Positions 1 through 13,316 of a stretch of DNA of 64,000 bases are shown here, piece by piece; the first letter of the stretch is position 1, and each line of letters begins with the position of its first letter. Both the position numbers and the translations under genes were made by a program. The notes under the pieces were generated by a model. That model ran no database searches, was not told the DNA's origin, and was given only the letters and a program-made list of their open reading frames with translations. Source of the stretch: Dictyostelium discoideum (taxonomy: Eukaryota); assembly GCA_000004695.1 (NCBI GenBank), contig CM000152.2, positions 672,001 to 736,000 of the forward strand, written 5' to 3'.

Positions 1-365
1 TTTTGGACACAAAAGTGATTGATTTTTTTTTTTTTTTTTTAAGTTTCCTAAAACCAAAAATTAAAATAAAAAAAAAATAAAAAAAATAAAAAAAATTCAA
101 AAAAAAAATTCAAAAAAAAATTAATTAAAATAATCAACCAACTGGTAGTATTGATGCGTTTGCATTTGATTACATCATAAAAAAAAAAAAAAAAATAAAA
201 TAAAATAAAATATAATATTATATTTTTTATAATAAAAAAAAAAAATGATAAAATATAATTTTGTTACTCTCAGCAATGAGAGAAATAAAAAATAATTAAA
301 AGAAAATAAATTTTATTATTTTTGTAAATTTGATATTTGTGTATTTAGGGGGTGTGGTTATTTTT

Positions 366-404
<39 letters not shown>

Positions 405-610
405 TTTTTTTATTTTTTTATTTATTACTATAATTATAATTATTTTTTATTATTATTATAATAATAAAAATAAATAAATAAAATAAATAAAAATATTATT
501 TTTTAAAAAAAAACAATAGTATTATTTTTTTTTAATTTTTTTTTTTTATTATTTAAACTTTTTTTTATTTTATTATATTTTATTTTATAATTTAAAAAAT
601 AATAATAATT

Positions 611-1477
611 ATGGCAGATATTGGAGGAAAAGTTTATTTTGTAAGTGGAGCTAGTGGAGGGATTGGGTTAGAGATGGTTATTCAATTATTAGGACAAGGT
701 ATGAGGGTTGCAGCAACTAGTAGAGATAAAAAGAAATTAATTCAAGTTTTAAAAGAGAGGGATAATAGTTTGATTAGAGATGATAATTTCATTGCAGTTG
801 AAATGGATTTAAGTTCAGAACATTCAATAAAGAAAGCAATCTCTGAATGTATTGAAAAATTTAAGACAATTTATTGTGTTATCAATAACAGTGGATATGC
901 AATCAAAGGTACAATTGAAGAACTAAGTTTAAAAGAGATTCAAGAGAATTTCAACATCAATTGTTTCGGACCAATGATGGTGATTCATCATTTCATGCCA
1001 CATCTTAAATGTAAACCATATAGTGATCCAAGAATCATCAATGTATCATCAGTAGTTGGATTTAACGGTGATTTAATGAACCGATTTCCATGTTATGTCT
1101 CAAGTAAATTTGCATTGGACGGATTCACTGAATCAATTTCAAATGACTTGAAAAAGTATGATATCAAATGTACAACGGTCAAACCTGGTTATTTTATAAC
1201 ACCATTCAATGATCATATCATTCATTCAAAGGGTGAACAACCATTAACAGATCATGAAAAAGAAATTCTTGAAAAATATAATGCAACAAAACCAAAAAAT
1301 AATGGTAGTGACCCAATTAAAGGTGCAAGAGCTATCGTTGAAATATCTTTAAATCCAGAACCACCATTACATTTATTCTTAGGAAGTGATTCATTAAGAC
1401 ATGCTGATTCAAAAATTCAAAAAGTTCAATCTGATATTAATAAATGGATTGAATTAACAAAATCAACTGATAATTAA
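611..1477 (+). CDS. Short-chain dehydrogenase/reductase (SDR) family oxidoreductase, single exon, 288 aa
   Basis: Complete ATG..TAA ORF. N-terminal Rossmann glycine motif VSGASGGIGLEM (TGxxxGxG). NNSG motif. Catalytic YxxxK (YVSSKFAL). The upstream 600 nt is AT-rich promoter-like sequence. Confidence 0.85.
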   Translation: MADIGGKVYFVSGASGGIGLEMVIQLLGQGMRVAATSRDKKKLIQVLKERDNSLIRDDNFIAVEMDLSSEHSIKKAISECIEKFKTIYCVINNSGYAIKGTIEELSLKEIQENFNINCFGPMMVIHHFMPHLKCKPYSDPRIINVSSVVGFNGDLMNRFPCYVSSKFALDGFTESISNDLKKYDIKCTTVKPGYFITPFNDHIIHSKGEQPLTDHEKEILEKYNATKPKNNGSDPIKGARAIVEISLNPEPPLHLFLGSDSLRHADSKIQKVQSDINKWIELTKSTDN

Positions 1478-1735
1478 AAATTGTTTTTTTTTTAAATTTA
1501 AAAAAAAAAAAAAAAAATAAAAAAATAAAAAAAAAAAAAAATATCTCCCTAAACCACCTTTTCTTTTAAAAGTGACTTTTGGATAGATATTTTTTTATTG
1601 ATTATAATAAACACAATAATTTTTTTTTTTTTTTTTTTTGTTTTTTTTTTTTTTGATCATTTTTTTATTTTTTTTTATTTTTTATTTTTATTTTTTTTTA
1701 TAAATTTTGTCAAAATAATAATAATAATAACAAAA

Positions 1736-3487
1736 ATGTTAAAAAAATCATTATTTATTTATTTATTTATTTTTTTTAATTTTATAATTAAAATAACGAC
1801 AGCAGCAACAAGTGTAACATATTATGTTAGTGTTAATAATGGTAATGATAATATACCATGTGGAGAGAGTTTAGAAAAGTCATGTCAATCAATTCAATAT
1901 GTATTTAATCAATATAATTCAACCTATTTAAATAGTCAAGATATTATTGAAGTTATGATATTATTAGATGATGGTGAATATATTGGTGAAAATAATGTGA
2001 ATTTTAATATTTACAATATGACAATCACTATTCAACCAATTAATAATTCAAAAACACCGTCACCAGTAACATTCAATGGTATTAACAGTGCCGGTGATAG
2101 AGTTTTTAATATCACTGAACCATATTTAATTAAAACCAATGAAACAACGATTCAATATGGCATAAATTCAACATCATTAACATTAAATAATTTAAATTTC
2201 ATTAATTTCAATCCAACTATTGGTAATGGTAATGGTACCATTGGAAATGGTGCAATCATATTCATTGATATATTCAACTCATCATTATCTTTATCAATTA
2301 ATAAATGTAATTTTAATAATAATCAAGGTAATAAAGGTGGTGTGATTTATATGGAGTCTGAATTTTATAGTGATGGCAATAACCTTGTTGAAATTAGTAT
2401 AAAGAGTTCACAATTTACAAATAACAATGCAACTATATCAGGTGGTGTTGCTTATTTGGATGGATTTAATGATATTTATATTGACACTTGTTTATTTGAT
2501 AATTCATATTCACCAGTGTCTGGTACCTCAACATTATTCATATCAAATGGTGAATTTATTGAAATTAGAAGATCAAATTTCACAAGAAATCAAATTGCAT
2601 CAACTGTTGAATTATTTGGAATTCAATATAAGAATGGATCAATGGTAAAGGATTGCTTGTTTGATGGTAATGTTGTCAATGGTAAAGGTGGTGCAATTTC
2701 AATGTACCTAAGTTGGTTATCTGTTGATGGCACATTATTTAATAATAACTATGCTGGTGCAATTGGTGGTGCGATCTTTGCTACTGGCGTATCAAGTTAT
2801 TTACTTGTTGCAAATTCAAAATTCATTGATAATAAATCAAGTGGTGCTGGTGGCGCTATTGCAACTCAAGGTAGTGTTTACACGAGTTTAAACAATTGTG
2901 AATTCATTTCAAATTCTGCAAATGCCGGTGGTTCATTATCTTTTGAATATTCAAATCAAATTCATTTAAGAAATTGTACAATCAGTGGAAATGTTGGTGT
3001 TGGTCAAGGTGGTGCAATCTATTCATCCTATTCAACGATTTCAATGGATGATACTAAAATTAGTGCCAATCAAGCTTACCAAGGTGGTGCTGTCTATTGC
3101 TCCGCTTCAACTTTAAATATTACCAGTTCAAATATCCCATTGAATGGTAATACCGATCTTGGCAATGGTACAGACTCTTATGAATGGAAAGGTGAGGATG
3201 GTATAAAAGTCAATGATTATGGTATTTATTGTGCTCTAACTCCAACCTATACCTATTGTACTGTCAATGGTGATACACCTTATAGTAAACTTTGCGGTGA
3301 ATCCGATGTCACTGAACTTTCAGGTTTAACAGCTGGTCAAATCGCTGGTATTGTCATTGGTTGTACTATTGGTGCTGGTATTTTAGCTTTTGGTTTAGCC
3401 TGGGTTATCTCAAAAACAACTATTAAAGAACATTTCATTAGACTAAGAAGCTCTTCAACTTCTAATACATCTTATTCACTAAATTAA
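1736..3487 (+). CDS. Secreted/type I membrane protein with GGAI-type parallel beta-helix repeats (PMP-like), about 583 aa
   Basis: The track ORF 1598..3487 begins in a poly(T) tract read as poly-Phe. The likely real start is the ATG at 1736 (MLKKSLFIYLFIFF, a signal peptide). There are at least 8 repeats of a G-G-(A/V)-(I/V/L) motif spaced about 20-25 aa apart (NKGGVIYM, SGGVAYL, GKGGAISM, GAIGGAIFA, GAGGAIAT, NAGGSLSF, GQGGAIYS, YQGGAVYC). Many NxS/T sequons. A C-terminal TM helix (IAGIVIGCTIGAGILAFGLAWVI) is followed by a short cytoplasmic tail. Confidence 0.75.
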   Translation: MLKKSLFIYLFIFFNFIIKITTAATSVTYYVSVNNGNDNIPCGESLEKSCQSIQYVFNQYNSTYLNSQDIIEVMILLDDGEYIGENNVNFNIYNMTITIQPINNSKTPSPVTFNGINSAGDRVFNITEPYLIKTNETTIQYGINSTSLTLNNLNFINFNPTIGNGNGTIGNGAIIFIDIFNSSLSLSINKCNFNNNQGNKGGVIYMESEFYSDGNNLVEISIKSSQFTNNNATISGGVAYLDGFNDIYIDTCLFDNSYSPVSGTSTLFISNGEFIEIRRSNFTRNQIASTVELFGIQYKNGSMVKDCLFDGNVVNGKGGAISMYLSWLSVDGTLFNNNYAGAIGGAIFATGVSSYLLVANSKFIDNKSSGAGGAIATQGSVYTSLNNCEFISNSANAGGSLSFEYSNQIHLRNCTISGNVGVGQGGAIYSSYSTISMDDTKISANQAYQGGAVYCSASTLNITSSNIPLNGNTDLGNGTDSYEWKGEDGIKVNDYGIYCALTPTYTYCTVNGDTPYSKLCGESDVTELSGLTAGQIAGIVIGCTIGAGILAFGLAWVISKTTIKEHFIRLRSSSTSNTSYSLN

Positions 3488-3496
3488 TTCATTAAA

Positions 3497-3497
3497 T

Positions 3498-3546
<49 letters not shown>
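3497..3546. repeat. (TTTA)n about 12 copies immediately 3' of the beta-helix gene stop, followed by A29
   Basis: tttatttattta... A similar (TTTA)n of about 11 copies lies at 364-408, upstream of the SDR gene. Confidence 0.9.
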
Positions 3547-3574
<28 letters not shown>

Positions 3575-3815
3575 TAAACCATTTCTTTAAAGAAATAATT
3601 TTCCCAAGATTTTTTTTTTTTTTTTACTTTTTTTTTTATTTTATATTTTTTCAAATTAAAACAGTGGTGTTTTTGATATTCCCACATCAGGTGATAATAA
3701 ATAAAATCAAAAAAAAAAAAAAAATCAAAAAAAAAAAAAAATAAATTACTTTCTTTGTTGGTGCCCTAAAATTAACCAAATAAAAAATAAACCAAAGAAA
3801 AAAAAAAAAATATGC

Positions 3816-3846
<31 letters not shown>

Positions 3847-4129
3847 TATTCTCAATAATCCAAATTTACAAATTATGATCAAAAAAAAATCAAATAAATA
3901 TCTCACCACAAAAACAAAAAAATCATTAAAAGGTAAAAAATAAAAATAAAATTAAAAAAAAATTAAATAAATATCTGATTTTTGGTTAAACTCAACACAA
4001 AAAAGTCTGATTTTTATATTTTTATTTTTCAGTTTGCAGTTTTAATTTTTTTTTTTTTTTTTTATTTTTATTTCACACAAAATTTAAACAAAACAAAAAC
4101 AAATTCAAACACAAATACAATACTTCAAA

Positions 4130-4296
4130 ATGGGTCAAAAGAGTTCAAAACCAGGTATGTAAAAAAAAAGGTATCTTCCATTTAAAAAAAATAAAGTGGG
4201 TTTTAACCAAATCTCCATTTATTATTCATAGATTTAATTGCACAAGGAGGAAATAAATCTGGAACAACTTCAATCCGTACTACTTTTACTGCTTAA
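4130..4296 (+). CDS. Candidate tiny 2-exon ORF (29 aa: MGQKSSKP|DLIAQGGNKSGTTSIRTTFTA) with an N-myristoylation-type N-terminus
   Basis: ATG GGT CAA AAG AGT TCA AAA CCA G is followed directly by a canonical GTATGT donor (4155). A 77-nt AT-rich intron ends in ...ATAG (4231). The frame is restored and reaches TAA at 4294-4296. MGxxxS/K is the N-myristoylation consensus. Very short, so it could be chance or an upstream ORF. Confidence 0.2.
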
Positions 4297-4359
4297 ATAA
4301 ATAAATTCTAATTTCTAAAATATCAAATAATTAATAAATGTATTTTAAAATTCAATTCC

Positions 4360-4395
<36 letters not shown>

Positions 4396-4611
4396 AAAAA
4401 ATAATAATTATAATTTTTATTATTAATTTGATTAACTTTTCATAAAAAAAAAAAAAATAAAAATAAAAAATTTGTAATTGAATTGAAAAAATAAATGAAT
4501 ATTTGAAAATATGACACCACAAAAAACAATTTAATTAAAACACTGAAATAATTTGTAATTTTGTGGGAGTGGCAAACAAATAAAAAAATAAAATCATTTA
4601 TTATTTTCTAA

Positions 4612-4651
<40 letters not shown>

Positions 4652-4728
4652 AAATTATTAAAAAATATGTGGTTGGAAAAAAAAAAAATCAGTTTTTGTT
4701 TGTCTTAGGAATACAAAAAATAATAACA

Positions 4729-7700
4729 ATGAAGAAATATAATTTTTTATTTTTAATTTTTATTTTAATACATATATCACAAAAAACTTATTCCCAATCA
4801 AGTAAGTGGAAAAAAAAAAATAAAAAAAAAATAAAAAAAAATAAAAAATAATAATAATCAACCAACAAATTTTTTTATTTTAAAATTAAGCTATTAAATT
4901 GAGTTTTTTGGTGTACGATCACACTCCATCAAGAAATCCAGATTTCGAAGCTGCAAATAGTGGAAGGGTTGAAAAGGGTTTAGTAAAAACAGATTTAGGA
5001 GCTGATGGAACACCAGTTTATTGTTGTGGCAGAACCAAGAAAGCATCAATAACAAGTGAAACAACTTTTTATTCTTGGTTTCATAATAAACCTGGTACAA
5101 ATTTACCAATTAATAAAGAAATTACATTGACTCAAAGTACAACAAATCCAAACATTTATTCTTATACCAATGGATCATTTTTTATTATTGACGGAGAAGG
5201 TTTTGATGATAAAGTAATTTTTTTAAATTTATAATATTTTTATTTATAAAATTTAATTTTAATTTTAATTTTTTTTTTTTTTTTTAATTATTAAAATGAT
5301 AAAAAGACAAAATATCCCAACGAAAAGTTATATTATGATCCTGCTAAAAAAGCAAGAAATTTTCATTATTGTATGTAAATCTTATTTTCATTTGAAAAAA
5401 AAAAAAGCTAATAACATTCAATTCAATAGGTGCTCAGGCTCATACACAATTCCAATATAAAACAGGTGATATTTTTTCATTTACTGTATGTTAAAATAAT
5501 TTTTTAAACAAAAATTTATAAATTTAATATTAAATATTTTAAAAAACAATTTAAAGGGCGACGACGATGTTTGGGTTTTTATAAATAATAAACTTGCTGT
5601 TGATTTAGGTGGAATGCATCCACTCTTCATCATCAATTAATCTAGATCAATTAGGGTTGACAAATGGCGCAAATTATAACTTTGATTTTTTTTATTGTGA
5701 AAGACACACTGATGGCTCAACAATACAAATTACAACATCATTAAAATTTGTTTGTCCGTAAGTTTTAGATTTTAAATTAACAAAATAAGAGAAAAAGAAA
5801 AAAAAACAAAAATTAATAAAGTATAATTTAATTATTAGATTTTATGATGGATGTGGAGTTTGCCAAGGTGATAACTCAAGTTGTTGTTTGCCAAGTAATT
5901 GTGACCAAAATCCAAAATATACTGCAAGTTGCCTCCAAGCAAAATGTGTTAATGGTCTTTGCAATGTTCCAGTAACTAGTTGTTCATCTGCAACTCCTTG
6001 TTTTGACAGCGTTTGTACACCATTTGTTGGATGTTCATTGGTACCAAAAAATTGTTCATCTGCCGACTATTGTAGATTGGATTACTGCAATCCAACCATT
6101 AATGCTTGTCAACATGATCCTATTCCTGATTGTATTAGTGTAAATATTTTTTAAATTTTTTAAAAAAAAAATTTTAAAAATTATATAGATTTTAATTTAT
6201 CATTTTATAGTGTTCAAATATAGGTTGTTTAACAACAGATAAATGCTTCCCAAAATCGTATGTTCATTAATGATTTTATTTTAATTTTTAAAAAAGCTAA
6301 AAGTGCTCTAACTTTGATTATATTTTTTATAACCTTCTAAAATATAGATGCAGTCCAGATGGAAAAAGTTGCATTACCAATACAAAATCATGTGATGATA
6401 ATAACCCTTGCACTACAGATACTGTAATATTATATTAAAAATAATTATATTTTTTATTTATTTATTAATTTTAGTTAACCATTTTCCCCCTAAATCACAG
6501 TGTTCAAATGGTAATTGCTTTTACCAAATTATTCCAGATTGTATAAATTGTGGTGGTAACCAATGTTTCAATACTGATAAATGTAATCCAACATCGTAAG
6601 TAAAACAATTTATTTTTGTTTATATTTAATTATCTGGATAATTAACAATATAAAAAATTAAATTATAGATGCGCTTCTGATGGTAAATCATGTGCTCAAG
6701 TCCATGTACTTTGTGATGATCAAAATCACTGTACAGATGATAGTGTATGTAAATAATTGTATTGCTTTTTTTTTTTCTTTTTTTTTGGACATGTGGAAAA
6801 TAAAAAAATCACACCCCACATTCCAACAACTTTGTTAACAAAATTTTTTATTTTCCTCAACTTACAATTTAAAAAATAAATAAATAATTTATAGTGTTCA
6901 AATGGATATTGTATTTCAAATCCTATACCAAATTGTATTGATTGTCCAGACACTGCTTGTATAACAACAGATTTTTGTAATGTTCAAGTGTAGGTTTAAA
7001 ATTAATCTAAAAAATTTAATTAACCAAATTATTAACAATACAAATGATTTTTATTATATTTTATACTAAATAGATGTAGCCCAGATGGAAAAAGTTGTGT
7101 TTCATCTCCAAAAAATTGTAATGATACCAGTTTTTGTACTATTGATAGGTAAATACAAATATTTTATTTGTTTAAAATTTAAAATTTGGATTTTCTAATT
7201 TTAATTATTTATATTTATTAGTTGTAATTCACCAAATGGAACGTGTTCACATTCATTTCCAGATCCTAAATGTGTATCTTGTGCATCCACATCATGTACT
7301 ACAACTGATGATTGCTTAGTTCAAGTTTGTAGTGATGATGGAGCCAGTTGTAATTCAATACCAAAAAATTGTGATGACAAAAACCCTTGTACACAAGATA
7401 GGTAAATATATTTTTATTTCATTAAAATAAAAACAAAAAGAATCAAAATTTTCAATTTTTTAATTATTATTTTAAATAAATAGTTGCTCAAATAATGGAG
7501 TTTGTGCATACACTCCCATTCCAAATTGTTCAATTTGTAACAGTACTTTCGGCTGCATTACCACCGATTTATGTCAACCAATGGTTTGTACAGATCCAGA
7601 TCTTAAATGTGAGATAGATCAAACTCTATGTAATGATGATAACTTTTGTACCACTGATAGTTGCTCAGGAAATGGTATTTGTGCACACACTCCTGTTGAT

Positions 7701-10700
7701 AGTTGTTTAACCTGTTCAAAAAATATTGGTTGTATTACTGTAGATAAATGTAATCCTCAGATGTATGTAATCATTATACCACTAATTAAAATAAATTTAA
7801 TTTTCCATCCCAATTAACTTTTTTTTTAAAAAAAAAAGCTGTTCAAATGATAATAAATCATGTATCACCGGAGATAATGGGTGTGATAAAGGTGATAAAT
7901 GTTCAATAGCTTCATGTGAATCGCCAGCAGGTAATTGTAAATCAACTCCAGTAGTTTGTGATGATAATGATCCTTGTACAATTGATAGGTAAATATAATT
8001 ATTAATAAAATATCATGATTTTAATTATAAACCTCTAACATCCTCTTTTAATTATTTTAATAGTTGTAACCCAGCAGATGGAACTTGTGTACATCAAGAT
8101 ATTAATAACTGTGCTGAATGTGGTAAACTTGGATGTATTACAAGCAATCCTTGTCAGCCAGTTTCTTGTTCAATCACTGGCACAGAATGTAATAAAACAA
8201 AAATTTCATGCGATGATAAAAATCATTGCACTCAAGATGCGTAAGTAAAAAAAAAAGAAAAAAAAACTTGTTAAAAGATAAACTATATTAATATTTTAAA
8301 ATAATTCTTTTTTTAGATGTTCGATAAAAGATGGCTCTTGTTATCATGCAACAATTAATAATTGTATTGATTGCGCAAATCAAGCGTGTATTGTAAGTTT
8401 AAAAACATTTTTTGATAATATGTTTTTAAAAAATACTAATTACTATTTAAATTTGGAACAATAGACATTTGACGCTTGTAAACCAAAAAAATGTGGAGCT
8501 GATGGTAATTGCTATGAAGATCCAGTAACCTGCGATGATGGAAATGGGTGTACAATTGATAGTTGTTCAAGAAATGGTACTTGTTCAAACAAATTAATTG
8601 AAAACTGTGTTAGTTGTAATAGTAGTTTTAATTGTATAACAACCGATTTTTGTGATCCACAAATTTGTTCAGGTGACCCATTAAATCTTAGCTGTATTAA
8701 AAATATGTCAATGTGTGATGATGGAAATTATTGCACAACGGATATATGTTCTGGTAATGGAGTTTGCTCTCACTCATCACCCGATCCTTTATGTAGATCA
8801 TGTAAATCAACAAACTGTACAACAACTGATTTATGTCAACTTCAAATATGTAGTGCGGATGGTAGTGGTTGTGAAACTGATCAAAAAGGTCTTTGTGATG
8901 ATAAAGGTAAAATACAATTATATTCAATTTTAATTCAATTAATTCTAATTCAAATTCTTTTTTTTTTTTTTTAGATCCATGTACAACCGATCTTTGTGAT
9001 AAAGGAGTTTGTACTCACCCAAAAATTACTGATTGTATGGCATGTAATGAAACATTTGCTTGTATTGTAAGTTTTTTAATAATATTTGAAAAAAGTATTA
9101 CTATTACTAATTATTTTTAAAATTATAATTATGATATAGACAACAGTATTTTGTGAATATCAGATATGTAGTAGTGATAAAACCCATTGTATTCAAACAG
9201 AAAGAAATTGTGATGATCAAAATGAATGCAGTACTGATTTTTGTCAAAGTAAATATTAATATATGTTTATTTTTACTATTTTATAATTTTTAATTTTAAA
9301 ATCTAATTTTATAAAATTCTTTTTTAGACGATCAATGTTCTCATTATTTTCCTAAAGATTGTTTCTTGTGTGGAAATCAAACCTGCCATGATTATGACAT
9401 ATGCTACCCAGCCTATTGTGATATCAGCACTTCCACTTGTGCCAACACTACTTTGACTTGTGACGATAAGGACCCATGTACAAAAGATATTTGTTTTTCA
9501 GGAACGGGTTGTGGATTTGTAACTATAGATAGGTGTACAAAATGTAATGAAACTGTAGCATGCATTGAAAAGGATTTATGTAAATCATTGCAATGTCCTG
9601 CCGATGGGTCTGATGAATGTATTTCCTCTGATAAGAATTGTGATGATGGTAATCCATGTACATATTCAGAGTGTGATCCTGAAACTGGTTCATGTATAGA
9701 TTCATTCATTGAAGGTTGTTCACTTTGTTCAAAGCCAGGTGTATATTGTTATTCACAAGATAAATGTTCACCATTAATTTGTAATGATGCTGGAGATGGT
9801 TGTGTTCAAATAAGTCCAAATTGTTCAGATCACCAACGTTGTACGAATGATACTTGCTCAGATGGCCACTGTATAAATACTCCAATCGAAAATTGTATGG
9901 AATGTATTAAAAATTTTCAACCAGTTTTTTCATTCATGGATGTTTCATTATTCTCGGATAATCCCTCAAATGATTCTTTTGGCTGCTACTCCTCAGATAA
10001 ATGCGTTCATGTTGACTGTTTAACTGATCATAGCTGCAATTATACTAAAATCGTATGTGAACCAGACAATTCATGTCATGATAGTTATTGTGATCAAGGA
10101 ATTTGTTATTCTATACCAAAAGAAAATTGTGAAGTTTGCTCAAAAACTTTATATTGTATAACTGATAACCCATGTGAGCCTAGTGTCTGTTCAGATAATA
10201 AAGATTCATGTATCACCAAACCTTTAAATTGTGATGATGATGATAGTTGTACAATAGATTCTTGTAGTCCTGATACCAATTGTACTCATACCCGTATTGC
10301 AGGTTGTCGAGCAGTTCCAACAACAACTGGAATAGCACCTCACACTCACTATTGTGACTATTGTCATGATACTGAAATATGTATTCTAATTGGTGATGTT
10401 CCTACTTGTGTACCAACATCAACAACATCATCAATACCATTAACAACAGTAACAACAGATATTGAATTAGTTGTTACATCTGGTATATATTCCACTGGCC
10501 ATTTCACTGAAAGTGGAACCACTTTTGGAGATAAACCCAGTACAACCACGTCAGAATTAGTATCAACAACCTCCTCTACACCTCCTTATTACAATCTTTG
10601 CGATAGAGTAAGATGCGGTAAAGGTTTAGAATGTTATATGATTGATAATAAACCTGAATGTCTACCATCAAATTACCAATGTATGGACTGTTGGGATTTA

Positions 10701-10811
10701 CTTTGTCATCTTCAAGATTTATCTTGTAAAATGGTTTTAAATCCCCATTTCATTACTGATAAATATGGTCAAGTTTGTTGTAAATTCATACCAACGTGCA
10801 TACCAAGATAA
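4729..10811 (+). CDS. PA14-domain + Dicty_CTDC cysteine-rich repeat protein (psi/prespore-type extracellular protein), 21 exons, about 1489 codons; reading frame broken by a +1 frameshift in exon 5 (possible pseudogene or sequence error)
   Basis: Exons (all GT..AG; phases checked across every junction): 4729..4801, 4891..5213, 5307..5370, 5430..5485, 5557..5757, 5839..6139, 6211..6257, 6348..6423, 6501..6595, 6669..6744, 6895..6989, 7074..7148, 7222..7401, 7484..7762, 7839..7988, 8064..8240, 8317..8392, 8465..8906, 8975..9066, 9140..9248, 9328..10811. Exon 1 is a signal peptide (MKKYNFLFLIFILIHISQKTYSQS). Exons 2-5 encode a PA14 domain (DHTPSRNPDFE...[41 protein letters not shown]...). Exons 6-21 encode more than 25 repeats of C-x-D-D-x-N-x-C-T-x-D-x-C-S-x-N-G-x-C-x-H-x-P (the Dicty_CTDC pattern). 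The last exon adds a Ser/Thr-rich mucin-like linker and a Cys-rich C-terminal domain. Summed exon length is 4471 nt (3n+1). Confidence 0.8.
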
Positions 10812-11078
10812 ATTAAATTCTAAAACTATAGAAATGCATAATTAGGAGAAAAAAAAAAAAAAATTTTGAAAAAAATAAAAAAAAATTGGATAAAAAATGA
10901 CAACATCTGCTATAAATAAAAAATTAAAAATAAACATTACAAAAAAAAAAAAATTTATTATTTTTTATAATACCAACACTGACTCAACAAAGATATTTTT
11001 TTTTTTTTTTTTTTGATTGTTTTTTCATTTTCACTTGCCCAATTTTTTTTTTTTTTTTTTTTTTTTAATTTTACAAAA

Positions 11079-13187
<2,109 letters not shown>

Positions 13188-13279
13188 ATTGGCTTTATTA
13201 AATTGGTGTCACTGTGTAAATTTATTAATCAATTAAATACCTCTGGGTGTTTTTTATCTTTTTTTTTTTTGTGTGTGGT

Positions 13280-13316
<37 letters not shown>

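Noticed and set aside
5609-5645. A 37-nt mini-intron (GTGGAATGC...TCTAG) that would repair the PA14 frameshift
   Set aside because: It is shorter than any intron in the window (the minimum here is about 75 nt). It would also delete the conserved GGMH segment of the PA14 fold. A 1-nt indel explains the data better.
9413-9709. Minus-strand ORFs inside the last exon of the PA14/CTDC gene
   Set aside because: They are antisense to a strongly supported, Cys-periodic coding exon.
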